Shown here: one piece after another, positions 1 through 11,960 of the stretch | Layout: every line of letters starts with the position of its first letter | Numbering within the stretch: position 1 is the stretch's first letter | Assembly (NCBI GenBank): GCA_030295235.1 | Contig: AP026133.1 | Span: 372,001 to 436,000, forward strand | Direction: 5' to 3' | DNA length: 64,000 nucleotides | Source of the DNA: Fistulifera solaris | Taxonomy: Eukaryota | The notes under the pieces: model-generated | Told to the model about the DNA's origin: nothing | Databases searched by the model: none | Seen by the model: only the letters and a program-made list of their open reading frames with translations | Translations under genes and position numbers: made by a program

Positions 1-1923
1 AGAGGAGAGAATAGCAATCAAGTTGCCGCTAAGCATGACTTCGTTGGTACCCAAGGCATCGATGGAAATTTCACCACTCTGGATTGTAGCGGCAACTAAC
101 CATCCCGTAACGGCCAAGGCAAGACCGCTCCATGCCGCAATAACGGCTCCAGTTCCAGACGCCTTCTTCCACGTCATCATATTCCAAAGAGGAAACACGG
201 CAGATCCGATAACAACGCCCATGAAGAGATAGACCCATCCAAGGTTCTAGAAGAAGAAAAGTGGGTTAGACTGTTGTAGGCCACAATGTGTGGCATCAGG
301 TACCGTACCAGGTACTTACCAATCCAATCTCGTAAAGAATGATGGAGAACACTCCCATGAAAGCACCAAAGACGACAATTACAACACGGGAAACAAAAGA
401 ATTTGTTCACCAGTGGCTTCCGGGTTGATGTATTCACGATAGATGTCGTAAGCAACCAACGAGGATACGGCGATTGACTCGGCTGAACCGGTAGACACGA
501 TGGCCATGAAGAGCATGATCAAGATCAGAGCAGCACCGGTGTTACCAAGCAATTCAACGGCAACAGCGGGAGGGACGAGTCCCGAACCCGCTTCGCTGGA
601 GCTAATGGGCAACATGAGGGCAGTCGAGGCCAAACCGAGAGACGTGGCGAGCGAGAAAGGAATGGAGAACCAGCAGATTCTGAAGAAGGGAAACAAAAGA
701 GTGTCAGCTGACAATGTACTTGAGCATAGCGTTTTCCGCTACTAGTCTTGGACTACTTACCCTCCGAGCAAGTATCCCTTGGCGGCACTTTCTGGGCGAG
801 CGGCAATAGCAGACTGCCAATAGGACTGGTCCACAAAGACAGTTCCGAAGTTACCGACAATGTTAATCAAACCAAACATGAGACCATCACTGGACAACAT
901 AGTCAAAAAGGAGCCATCCTTGTTTCCAGAGACAGGCCCACAGGCGTATTTACCAGGTGCAAAGAACGTTTCGTTCTTCGTGGCGTCAAAAAGTAATCCT
1001 CGCAGAACGCAGTGTCACGCTCCACTGTCGACTTCAAGAAATCGTAAATGATGTCACTGCTATATTCCTTCACATAGACTAGGAAGACCATCGAAATGAG
1101 GACGGCGAAGATGATCATGGTGTGAAGGTAACTGGCCAAGAAGGTAGCTTGGAGACCACCCGAGGCCGTGTAAAGAATAATACCCCACGGAATCAAGAAG
1201 GAAGCCAGACGGTAATCCATACCGGTCAAGGCTTCCACGGTGGCGGCACCACCGAGCAAAAGCATCGATGTCACAATAATGTTTGCGCAGAAGCAAAAGA
1301 AGAGGAATGTCAGATGCGCCGTGCGTCCCCATCGAGCATTCACAATCTCAGCGACCGTGTGGGAAGAAGGCGCTACCTGCAGTTCAAGCAAGGTTCAAGT
1401 GAATGAAATGTTAGATACGCCGTGATATGCGCGTCTTTGACGTAAACGATTTACCTTTTTGAGGTTAATGGCCAAAACACCGAAAAGAAGAACTTGGATG
1501 GTAGCACCACTGGCGTACCAGAAAGGTCCCGAGACACCGTACGCCCAAGCGACGTTGGACGATTGAAGAAGAGTGGCGGCCCATGTCCACTGACTGATAA
1601 TCACGGAAGCTGTCAAACCTGTCTTGACCATGCGACCCGCGGTGCTTTGAATTCCCAGTAGAAAGTAACGTCAGAACCTATGACGAAGCGCGAACGATAC
1701 TTACAAAGTGATAAAGAACTTACTTAAAATGCTCACTGGTTTCATCTCCTTTTGCACCGTAATGCTTGTTAAGGAAGACCAGGAAGGTTGTAAAGACACT
1801 AAAGAACATGCCGAAACCGAGAACTACAAGGTAACCGACACCTTCCGACAAAGGAGAAGACCCACCGAAGTAGGAATCAACTCCCCTGTACCTTTCAAAC
1901 GGCGGGATTTCAATTTCAGCCAT
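1..1923 (-). CDS. DUR3: Urea active transporter (DUR3, sodium:solute symporter family), copy A; multi-exon, 3' end runs off the window
   Basis: Joined ORFs give [71 protein letters not shown] and [32 protein letters not shown], which are hallmark DUR3 motifs. GT-AG introns at about 1645-1723, 1377-1454, 679-759 and 247-319; a few 1-nt indels. Confidence 0.95.
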
Positions 1924-1931
1924 GATTGCTT

Positions 1932-2124
1932 ACAAGATACGGTATTAGGATCGCAGGTAATGCGCAAAATACCTCAAAAATTGTGTCAAAAGGATTTCAG
2001 ATCGAGCTGAGCAAAATCGGAAAGAAGGGCGTCGTTCCATCTTCCCGAAGTTTGCGCCCGTACCTTTTTACGCATACGAACAAGTTCTTTTCAATTTTAC
2101 GGAAGTTTGGCGAAGCGGCTTCGG
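1932..2124 (-). promoter_or_regulatory. DUR3-A 5'UTR/promoter with blocks conserved in the DUR3-B promoter
   Basis: Blocks 1932-1955, 2004-2018 (GAGCTGAGCAAAATC), 2081-2110 and 2113-2124 (AAGCGGCTTCGG) match 5521-5544, 5578-5592, 5681-5710 and 5599-5610; the flanking DNA does not align by eye. Confidence 0.6.
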
Positions 2125-2952
2125 GTGACAGAGGGAAAGAGTAGCCTCCGCCACGTAGAAGATGTACTGGAGGATGCGGGGTGAGGATTCTGGGACGCAC
2201 TATTTCTGAGAAACTTCCGAAAAAGATACGCTCGAATAGGGTATTTTTCTGTCGTCTATGACACCGGTTATACACCGGTACATTTTCTGATGCTCAAAAT
2301 TTGGGCGAAAAATTCGAGACAAGTCTCGAGCATCTTTCTAGTCCGTCTATTTCAAGGCAAACAAATGACAAGTAAAAGGCTTAAACGGAGGTTCATGTGA
2401 AACCAATCAATGCACTTTAAGCGGAAGCGAAACAACGACATCGCTGTCATCAAATCTAGACCGGTGAATTTGGATTCGTGAGCTGCACATTCGAAGTTTC
2501 CCTTTGAATGATGAACGATACTCTCTTGCGCTGTTGATGCGCATCTTCTCCGATGCCGAGGCTGTTTTTAGGTCGCTGTTCGAGCATGGCCAATGTCAAA
2601 AAGTTGTATAAAGTAGCTTTTTATGGCTATGCAAGAACAATTTCGTGATGCCATGGAGTGTTTTTGCTCTGAGAAAAACCCTTTTCGTGGCAAAGATTTC
2701 CACTATGGGTGCACGAAACGAGCAAAAACTCGGGAGCGATTCGAAAGGCCGACTCCCCAAAGATTCTACTAATGACAAGCCAGGACGATGGAAAATGGTA
2801 TACCGAGTCGCCAGAATCCAGAATAGTGGCTACGGGGGAATTAATGCAGAACGCAACGCTGGTTCCTCTAGATAGGGAAAAATGTTCAAAAAACACCTAA
2901 ATTGTTACTGATTCGATCACTTTTTACAAACAAAACGTCCATCACAAAAAAG

Positions 2953-5512
2953 TTACTCCTCCTCTTCTTTGTCGGGCGTGACATCATCATCCGCTTTGCC
3001 CGCGGGAACCGGAGGCTGGCGACCGAGCATGGCGTTCACCGCTCCCGACAAGACCTTGTTGATGTCATCGGAACTCTCTGTCAAGGGAAGGGTTGTCATG
3101 AGAACAGCCGCACCGAAACCCCAGCACATGGCGATGAGAACCCAGAACGCAAAGTAGCTCTTGGAGAAAACACCCGCCGGAATCGAGAGAAGGGGCCAAA
3201 TGACAATCAACACCAACGTCAAAATGTAACCGCGACGGACAATCCAGCGCTCGGCTTTGGCAAGTTTGTGGGGATCCTTTTCCGCTTCGGTCAAACCGCG
3301 GTGATCTTCCTCGACAAGACGGAGTTTCGAGTCCAGCGTCGAGAAATCAAAATCCTGGGGATCGATAAAGGCCGAATAGACGAAGTGGATAAAGCCGGAG
3401 GAGAAAATGGCAATCAAATTTCCAGCAAGCATGGCTTCGTTGGTACCCAAGGTATCGATGGTGATGTCGCCACTTTGAATGATGGCAGCCACCATCCACC
3501 CAACAATCGCCAAAACAAGACCGCTCCAGGCCGCAATGACAGCGCCCGTTCCTGATGCCTTGGACCAGGTCATCAAGTTCCAAAGAGGGCACACGGCCGA
3601 TCCGATGATAATGCCCATGAAAAGGTACACCCATCCGAGGTTCTGAGATTAGGAATAGATGAGCATGAGGTTTTTACGAGCGAAAGAAGTTTTCGAAGAG
3701 CAGTTCGATGGTACGCACCACTCCAATTTCGTAAAGAAGAAGCGCGAAGCATCCCATGATCAAACCGAATACTACGATGACGACCCGAGAAACATAAAGG
3801 ATCTGTTCACCGGTGGCGTCGGGGTTGATGTACTCGCGATAAATGTCGTAAGCCACCAACGACGAGACGGCAATGGCTTCGGCGGAACCGGTAGACACGA
3901 TGGCCATGAAAAGCATGACCAAAATCAACGCTGCTCCGGTATTACCAAGCATCTCTACGGCGACAGCGGGAGGGACAAGTCCGGCACCGGCTTCCGACTT
4001 GCTGATGGGCAACATGAGGGCGGTAGAGGCCAAACCGAGAGACGTGGCGAGCGAGAAAGGGATAGAGAACCAACAGAGTCTGGAGCGAAGAAGGTATGAG
4101 TCTTTGTTGATAAGTATCCGCATCTGCGACCGCGAAACTTACCCTCCAAGCAAGTAACCTTTTGCCGCACTTTCAGGGCGTGCCGCAATCGCAGATTGCC
4201 AGTAAGTCTGGTCGACAAACACAGTTCCGAAGTTACCGACAATGTTAATCAAGCCGAACATCAAGCCGCCGCTGGAAGACATTGTCAAATAGGAACCGTC
4301 CTTATTTCCAGAAACAGGACCGCAAGCGTAGTCTCCAGGAACAAAGAATGTTTCGCCTTTGGCTGCATCGAAGAAATACTTCTCGCAAAAGTGGTGTTTC
4401 GCTCCACTGTGGCCTTCAAGAAATCGTACATGATATCACTGCTATATTCCTTCACATAGACTAGGAAAATCATTGTGATGAGAACCGCGAAGATGATAAC
4501 AACGTGGATGTAACTGGCCAAAAGGTAGCTTGAAGACCGCCAGAGGCAGTGTAAAAGATAATACCCCACGGAATCAAGAAGGAAGCAAGGCGGTAATCCA
4601 TACCGGTCAAGGCTTCCACGGTGGCAGCACCACCGAGCAAAAGCATCGACGTCACGATAATGTTCGCGCAGAAGCAAAAGAAGAGAAAAGTAATGTGCGC
4701 AGTGCGTCCCCATCGTGCGTTCACGATTTCGGCGACAGTGTGAGAAGAAGGTGCCACCTGATTAAATAATGTAAGGCGACTGGTGGTGATCGAAGCAAAC
4801 AAAAGATCATCGACATCGTACCTTTTTCAAGTTGATGGCCAGCACACCGAAAAGAAGAACTTGGATCGTGGCACCACTGGCATACCTGTTACATTAGAAA
4901 TCAACGGATGAGTCGCAGAACAAAGAGTGAGTTAAGGTGCAAGCTTTTGGTTGAAAGGCCCGCACTGGACAGCCCCGTACTCGTATCTTGCAGCGATCAA
5001 ACCTCTTCGTGAACGTACCAGAAAGGTCCGGAAAAACCTAGAAAAGAAAAAAAAAGAATCGCAAAGGTGAGTCAGTCAAGACTTGTGAAATCGTTCAAGG
5101 TCCGACGATTGGTTGCTCTTAGTTGCTCACGTACCATATTGCCAGGCAACATTGGAAGACTGAAGCAAAGTGGCGGCCCACGTCCATTGACTGATAATAA
5201 CGTTTGCTGTCAAACCAGTCTTGACCATGCGACCCGCCGTGCTTTAGATTTCCAAAGAAAACAGGGTAAGGACTCAAAAGCAAGCATTTCTCACTTGAGC
5301 AAATTCACGTACTTGAAGTGCTCACTGGTTTCTTCTCCCTTTCCACCATAGTGCTTGTTGAGGAAGACGAGAAAGGTGGTGAAGACGCTAAAGAACAGGC
5401 CGAAACCAAGAACGACCATGTAGCCAATACCTTCGGACAAAGGAGGCGATCCTCCGAAGTAGGATTCTACTCCCTGGAACCTTTCAAACGGAGGGATTTC
5501 AATTTCAGCCAT
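2953..5512 (-). CDS. DUR3: Urea active transporter DUR3, copy B (complete tandem paralog)
   Basis: Starts [22 protein letters not shown] like copy A and carries the same DUR3 motifs; C-terminal exon 2953-~3642. Extra introns 4886-5018 and 5038-5134 flank a 19-nt exon (5019-5037). Confidence 0.95.
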
Positions 5513-5520
5513 GGTTGCGA

Positions 5521-5714
5521 ACAAGATACGGTGTCAGGATCGCAATCGGATGCTCACCCGGAAAGTGAGAAAAATGTGAGCTGAGCAAAATCATGTGAAA
5601 GCGGCTTCGGCACATCGTCCCGACCTTTACACTCGTACGTTTTCTACACGAAATGGATGTCAAGTCGATAGACCGTCAAGCAAGTTCTTCTCAAGATTTC
5701 GGAATTTTCGGAAC
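5521..5714 (-). promoter_or_regulatory. DUR3-B 5'UTR/promoter with blocks conserved in the DUR3-A promoter
   Basis: Same conserved blocks as 1932-2124; several CGGAA cores. Confidence 0.6.
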
Positions 5715-6967
5715 TCGCGACCTCGCGTATCGCGTATTGCTAGGTTTCGCGGTTGCGTTTTTAGCAACGAAGCGTTTTCAAAAGTTTCGTGATACCTGGT
5801 ACGTGTGAGGTCTCGCGCTATTTTTATGCTGCGTTTCTGCACGCTGCCAAAAAGTGCGATGAAAGAACTTTTGTCGCACTCTTTGGCCTTTGACACACTC
5901 CGTAGCACGTTTGGACCGAAACAACGGAGCACTTTCATGCTCTCGCAAAATCTAGAATCATCAACCAGCCGTGTAAAGCATGAAAGTAGCGATTGTCCAA
6001 TTGACTTCTGCCCGTGCCGTCTCGTTGCCGATATGCGTTGCGTTTGGCAGTAGTCGAGCGGACAGGTTTTCACTTGCGAAGAGGCGATAGACACGAGTCG
6101 TCATCATGGCCATCACATTGTCCGATTGTCGATATCAGGCACTTCAGTACAAGGTTTACGTTTATCAGCATGCTGATCTCATGCCTTTTTATTTTAGTGT
6201 TTCCGGTTTACGAACATATGATCCAGATAGTTTTAAACATTCATTAGCGACCGCAAGTGCTTTCCTTTATTTGATTGTCAACAAACAAAACGTCGGCGCG
6301 TTTCATCGTCGGCGCCACAAAATACCATCGCATGACTGACTTCCAGTCGTAGAAAAAGGTACGCAAACAAACAAAAAATAGTGTAGAGGTCGTAGCCGTT
6401 TGCTATGGAAAGGGCATTTCAGATGTAGCTATCTTTAAAAACAAACACATTCATGTAGAACGCTACAAAAATTCTCCTTGTTCTCCATTCTGTAGACGCT
6501 CGAACCGTCAGCAAGCTTCTAAAGAAGCCTGAATATAACCACGTGTCCAGTCATTACCCATCATTATTTGTAGACTTACTTTGGGTTTAAACCTATATGT
6601 TATTTACCAGTCAATCATTAACGTGCGGTGAATCGCCAGCACAGCTCAGCAGGAACCAAACTAGCTAAAGTTATCTTTTTCCTAGGCTTGTTTCTTCTCC
6701 AAGAATGCGCGAAGTCGAAGATTGAGCAACCCGAAAACTATGAATTATGAAACATATAGTCTTTAGAGAACCCAACGAGCGATTAACTGAAAGGTCTTGT
6801 ACAGCGAATTACAATGATCTTTTGAAACCGAGGAAATACTTTTAAAAAGTGTTTGATTATTATTTGTAAAATACTTGGCCCGAATCAGAAAAGATCCGCT
6901 TTCTGTATCCGACAGCTAAGATTGCTTCTAGGTAAACTTATACAAGAAAATCGCCCGACCCTCCAGT

Positions 6968-7597
6968 CTACTTGCAACATTTTCCTTGTGCGCCGTTTGC
7001 ATTTGCACCCGCTTTCAAATTGACAGCTTGCTGCTTTTTATTCATGGCCGGGCCCCCGTCGGCTACCAATCGATCCTTGACAGCACGCGCGATTCCAATG
7101 AAACTGTCATCTACGTGAATGTCGTTCTTCGCCGAGCACTCCCAGAATGGAATACCAAACTCGGCGGCTAGCTTTTGTCCCTCTTCCGTCGAAACAACCT
7201 TGTCGTCCGTCATGTCGCACTTGTTTCCTACGAGAATTTTGTTGACATGAACATCAGCATGCTGTTGAATTTGCGATATCCAGTTGCGAATGCTTTCGAA
7301 ACTGCGGCGATCGGTGACATCGTACACTAGCAGAATACCCTGAGCACCGCGGAAATACGAAGTGGTAATAGTGCGGAAGCGTTCTTGACCGGCGGTGTCC
7401 CAGATTTGCAGCTTAATGCGAGTGTTATCGATCTCGACGTTCTTGATCTTGAAATCAATACCAATAGTAGTAATGAAAGTAGGACTAAATGAATCGTTGG
7501 CATAACGCAACAACAAACAAGTTTTTCCCACACCCGAGTCACCGATCATGAGCAATTTCACTTGCATGTCATACGGGGCAGATGATGCTGAAGTCAT
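6968..7597 (-). CDS. RAB8: Rab8/RabE/Sec4-family small GTPase
   Basis: [47 protein letters not shown] motifs; C-terminal CCK prenylation site. Confidence 0.95.
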   Translation of the reverse strand: MTSASSAPYDMQVKLLMIGDSGVGKTCLLLRYANDSFSPTFITTIGIDFKIKNVEIDNTRIKLQIWDTAGQERFRTITTSYFRGAQGILLVYDVTDRRSFESIRNWISQIQQHADVHVNKILVGNKCDMTDDKVVSTEEGQKLAAEFGIPFWECSAKNDIHVDDSFIGIARAVKDRLVADGGPAMNKKQQAVNLKAGANANGAQGKCCK

Positions 7598-8103
7598 TTT
7601 TCTTGCTAAGTCCTGGAAGATTCAATCTTAATAACACAAACAAATGACAGGTAATCGAATGGAAACCGTAAATAAGAGGAGAACTTCGAGCTTCAACGGT
7701 CCGATTGTCGCTATTGCTGCGCTGCTCTCCGTTCATCACGCATCATGCGAAAATGCTGGCGGCTACCTGGTACCCGTAGCCGGTATAAGCCAGTCGTACT
7801 TTTGCATCCACAGTGCCCAAGTCCTTGTAGTATTTAGTAGCTCCAACGAAATACTTGAGTACCAGTTCATGTCTTGCCGCAAAGGGAGCCTACTTGAACT
7901 TGGAGAGATGTTCCGGCAAAAGAATCCGTTCGGTCTATGTATCTGTTCGTGACTTTTTGTATTTAAACGACGATGGTCGCTGGCTTCACTATCTATCATT
8001 CAATAATTTTCCAACGCATAGATTTGCCGAACACGCCACGTCCCTTTTTTATTCGTATGTGCGCGCGTGCTTGCTAAATGGAAGTGCTTGGAATGTCGCT
8101 CTG

Positions 8104-8126
8104 GGTACCGGTACCAGTACTGGTAG
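8104..8126. promoter_or_regulatory. GTAC palindrome concatemer in the Rab8 / 8297 divergent promoter
   Basis: Overlapping perfect palindromes GGTACCGGTACC and TACCAGTACTGGTA. Confidence 0.5.
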
Positions 8127-8296
8127 CGCTGCGATGCTAAACCCCTTCTTTTGGACGACGACAAGAACCAGGACCGAAAAGCGCGACCGCCGACGATTTC
8201 TTTGCCAATCATTTTCATGAAATTACGATGTCGTCCAATGATTACCAATTTTTCTTCCAGCCTCGATGAATACACATTTCGATTAAGCTCGAAAAC

Positions 8297-8741
8297 ATGA
8301 GACACATCGCTTTCTTCCTTTATGCCGTCCTGGTGTTCGACGCGTTGACAGACGCGTTTGTTCTGTCAAGGGAGAGACGAATTGCTACGTTCTTGTCAAC
8401 CACGTCTGACTTTTTGGAAACAATGGCCCGGTGAATCGAGCACAGACTTTTATAAGCGCATTCAACAGGCGTCCAATGATCCAGTTGCCTTTGAAAATTT
8501 CGTTTTGGAGACCCGACGGAAAGAGCGACAAGAAAAAATACCATCAACATTATCGGATATCGATGGAGGCAAGGCAGACACAGACGAACAAAAGCCAGCG
8601 TATCAACGAGCCGAAGACTGGGACGCGGATCAGAGCAAAAGAATATCCGGGTGGGATGAAAAGATCCAGTTTGATGGTAGGAGGTACGGAAACGGCTTCA
8701 ATCAAAATGAAATTCTGCGACGCCATTTGAAGGGATTCTAA
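8297..8741 (+). CDS. Small hypothetical protein, probably plastid-targeted
   Basis: ATG 8297 gives MRHIAFFLYAVLVFDALTDAF (signal peptide with A-F cleavage motif). A 1-nt shift in the T-run near 8411 joins it to ORF 8358-8741. Confidence 0.6.
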
Positions 8742-8830
8742 GTGGCACGTACTTTTTGACTAGAAATTCATATGACGTACTTTTTATTGATAACCCTATG
8801 TTTCCATTGCTACCGCGTCAACCTAGTGAG

Positions 8831-9861
8831 CTATATTCGAAAGGCGGAAACGACGTGCGTTGGTACGGCTGAGCCTGCTTGCGTCACCACTTGATCAATT
8901 AGCTCAATACCCGGCAGTTCTCCAAAAGATGTACCAAATTGGCTTGCATGTATTCCACTAGTAACGAACACACTAGGAATCCCTGCCTGACAAGCACCTG
9001 CGATGTCGTGGTGAAGGGAATCGCCGACATGGGCTACTCGACTTTTCTCCAGGCCCAAGCGATCTATACAGGCCAAAAACTGGTCCTTATGAGGCTTTCC
9101 AAACAATGTAGTATGTCCTCCGAGTTCTTGATAGCGGGCTGCAATCTTTCCCGGCATGTGAGCTTGTCCTCCTTCTGGAGTCTGCACGACAAAGTCGGGG
9201 TTGGCACAAACACAAGGGAGACTACGATCGATACAGGCCTGCAGAATGGTTTCTAAGTCGGTCAAATCTCCCTCTTCGATAAATCGTTTCAAAGATTTCT
9301 GCGACAAGGAATCTCCTCGATACCATACTTCCGAACCGTGTAACAACAAAAATCGGCTTCTTCCACCGTCGAAGCCACTTGGACATGTCCACATTCTTGC
9401 AGAAACCGTTGAGGCGTAGCGGTCAAGCGCGGATTGTTGACATCGGAAGCGTCCCATGTTAGAAACAAGGCTTTTGAGGGTGACGATGGTTGACTTCCAA
9501 ATGTTTGTCTTATATATTTACTGGCTTCTTCCCCGGACGTTACGGCGCCCAAAAAGTGCGTTTCGTCGAATCCGAATTTTGGCAGTTTCTGCAAGGCAGC
9601 TTGACTAGGAGCGGACGTATTCGAAAGAATGATCAGAGTTTTCCCATTCTCGTACAATTCTCGAACACAATCCACAGCACCATCCAATGCATTGACACCA
9701 TCGTGCATGACACCGAATTGGTCCAAAATGAACGCATCGTAGCGATGAATCAGTTCGGAAAAAGAGTTATGAACGGTGAATGCCGATGCCGAATAGAATC
9801 GCCGTCGTGAGGTTGCTGTAAGGAAAATAATGGAGCTGGCAGTCGAGGATGCGAATCTCAT
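8831..9861 (-). CDS. HAD-superfamily hydrolase, subfamily IIA
   Basis: YDAFILDQFGVMHDG, ILSNTS, CANPD, GKPH, HVGDSLHHDIAGA motifs; two ORFs joined by a frameshift near 9345. Confidence 0.9.
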
Positions 9862-9937
9862 GTTGCATTGAGAACAAATATAGTGCTTTATATCAAACGA
9901 TTATATCGAATGGTTCCTATGTTCGAATAGTTCTACA

Positions 9938-9960
9938 GTACCTGGTACCTGGTACTGGTA
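9938..9960. promoter_or_regulatory. GTAC concatemer in the HAD / sulfotransferase-like divergent promoter
   Basis: GTACCTG GTACCTG GTACTG GTA. Confidence 0.5.
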
Positions 9961-10130
9961 AGGCTCAAAACGCACGTCGTCGTCCTGCGATGCGACAAAT
10001 AACGGTAAGGTTACGGCTAGTTCCGTCGAACATTTTACTCTAGCCCTAAGTGTGGTCGTGAGTAGAGGGTCATGATTATTACGTAGTACTCCGTATTATT
10101 TTTGCGCCGCGTTATTCAATTCTTAAGTCT

Positions 10131-11423
10131 TTGTTCTGCCCATTGCCTTCTTGTCTTCTCCCCAATTTGAACGATGAGGAATTTTATTCCCTTTCTTCTA
10201 TCCCGATATTCACTGTAATCAAACTTGCACATGCAAGTAAAGCACGGGCATCCACGGCGCCCAACAGCCGGCTGCTTTCTACTATCGGTACTCAGCTACG
10301 TCGCAGTTTCGACACCTCTCCTGTATTTCCGAACCTTCTATTATCCTGTGACCAACAGCGTTCACTTTCATTCCATCAGCGTGATACCATATCTGACCCT
10401 ATCGAATGGGGAAACGACTCTTTGCTGAATGCAGGACAAGGCACCACCGGAACTCGCACCATCATGGAGGCGACCTGTCGTCTGGGAATTCCGTCGTTCC
10501 ATTATCTTGTTTCATGCGGCCCATATCAACCATTTTGGACAAAAAGCGACGAACACATTACTCAGTACAACTTGGTTTTTAATGAAAAGCGAGCTCTCCA
10601 CGAAAAGATAATGGAACATTGGCTCTTTTACCGAGAATGTGCCTATCCGCGTAGACCGTCTTGGTGGCAGCAACTCTTCTTCGGCAACCCGATAATCAAT
10701 TGCACCATGGAAAGACTTGAAGAAGTATGGGATGAGAACAAAGTGACTTTGATCGAACTACTGAAACAACCTGGCAATTTCGCTCTTCATGATTCGCCTT
10801 ATCCTTACTTTTTGGACTACATGATACACCTTGCGCAAGTCGGTGACACAACCAACAATCTCCAACCCCGATCGATAACGCTCATGCTTTCGGAACGAGA
10901 AGACACAATTTGGTCATCCAGGCGAATAGGGGAGCATCCAGAAGTCCCGGTATGTAGAGAGCAGTTCCATGAAATCATAACGGGTTCAAGTTCGAGTGTG
11001 GAGGAAGACTTTTACTACGCGGGTGCGTTCGATCTCATCGCATGCATCGAACAAGCCAGAAAACAGGATCCGCCACCAAAATTGGTCTCAGACATCCTCA
11101 TTTCGTATCGAGGCTTGCAAGATGTTTGCGATTCACGAAAGAGTCAGGCCTCACAATGTCACAAGCGCCTCGTTGAAATCAATGCCCGTGCCATGAAAGA
11201 CTATCAAGAACGGGTTAAACAGCTTTATAAGCCAGAGTATACGATCAATTTGTGGAATAAGCGGTACACGACTACTGAAATCGCCATGGATATGTACAAT
11301 AAAATTCCCAAGCTCCAGAACATGAAAAACAGAGTCGAGTTGGTGATGCGTGGAGGTCCTGACGATGGTAAACTTCTACCCAAGTTTGAGTCTAGAAGTG
11401 AAGATCTCACTTCTTTCAACTGA
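10131..11423 (+). CDS. P-loop sulfotransferase-like protein (Sulfotransfer_4-like); start uncertain
   Basis: NAGQGTTGTRTIMEATCRLGIPSFHY resembles the GxGxTGT..L..LG..H N-terminal motif; HDSPY and LSER..W segments downstream; 430-codon ORF. Confidence 0.55.
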   Translation: MFCPLPSCLLPNLNDEEFYSLSSIPIFTVIKLAHASKARASTAPNSRLLSTIGTQLRRSFDTSPVFPNLLLSCDQQRSLSFHQRDTISDPIEWGNDSLLNAGQGTTGTRTIMEATCRLGIPSFHYLVSCGPYQPFWTKSDEHITQYNLVFNEKRALHEKIMEHWLFYRECAYPRRPSWWQQLFFGNPIINCTMERLEEVWDENKVTLIELLKQPGNFALHDSPYPYFLDYMIHLAQVGDTTNNLQPRSITLMLSEREDTIWSSRRIGEHPEVPVCREQFHEIITGSSSSVEEDFYYAGAFDLIACIEQARKQDPPPKLVSDILISYRGLQDVCDSRKSQASQCHKRLVEINARAMKDYQERVKQLYKPEYTINLWNKRYTTTEIAMDMYNKIPKLQNMKNRVELVMRGGPDDGKLLPKFESRSEDLTSFN

Positions 11424-11960
11424 CAAGGCCGTGGTTGGTTGATGCGGTGAATCGGTGGCGACAAAAATAGTTTGAGCAGCGACAGCAAATATACTTCGGG
11501 TAATTACTTATGAAGACGAGTACGTGTACAGAACTTGCCCAATCTACTCTTTAACGCTAAGACCCACTCTAGCGATTCGCAACGCATAAGCAGCAAAGAT
11601 ACGACGGTGAGTGAAACGAAGACTGAACAAGAGCGAATTCTCACAGACGCTACAAGCAAAACGAAAAACGTTCTCCTCAACCAGTCCTGGAATGGACTCT
11701 GTTTGCTGACCGATCATTAGTGTCGAACAAAATCGAAAAGGGAAATGCTTTAGAGAAGATTTCCACCGCACCGAATCTCCATTTGTTAGCGTACTTTCAC
11801 TACGCGTAGAGGAAACGAACATCGGCGACTAAGGCGATGGGAATTAGAAATTGCTAAAATCTATTGAGTTTCTAACATCGCCCCAAAGCTACATCATGCC
11901 TCAATGTTTTCATCCCTATTTTCGATTAAGCACACTTAGATGACAGCCATCACACGAGAT

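Noticed and set aside
2902..3555. 217-aa plus-strand ORF opposite DUR3-B, and similar antisense ORFs such as 34198-34869 and 46651-47235
   Set aside because: Fully overlap well-supported genes on the other strand; no independent coding signal.
4982..4990. 9-nt complementarity between a DUR3-B intron (CAAGATACG) and the conserved DUR3 5'UTR
   Set aside because: Too short to distinguish from chance without conservation data.
6490..6560. TCGAACC suggesting a minus-strand tRNA T-loop
   Set aside because: No T-stem, acceptor stem or cloverleaf could be built.
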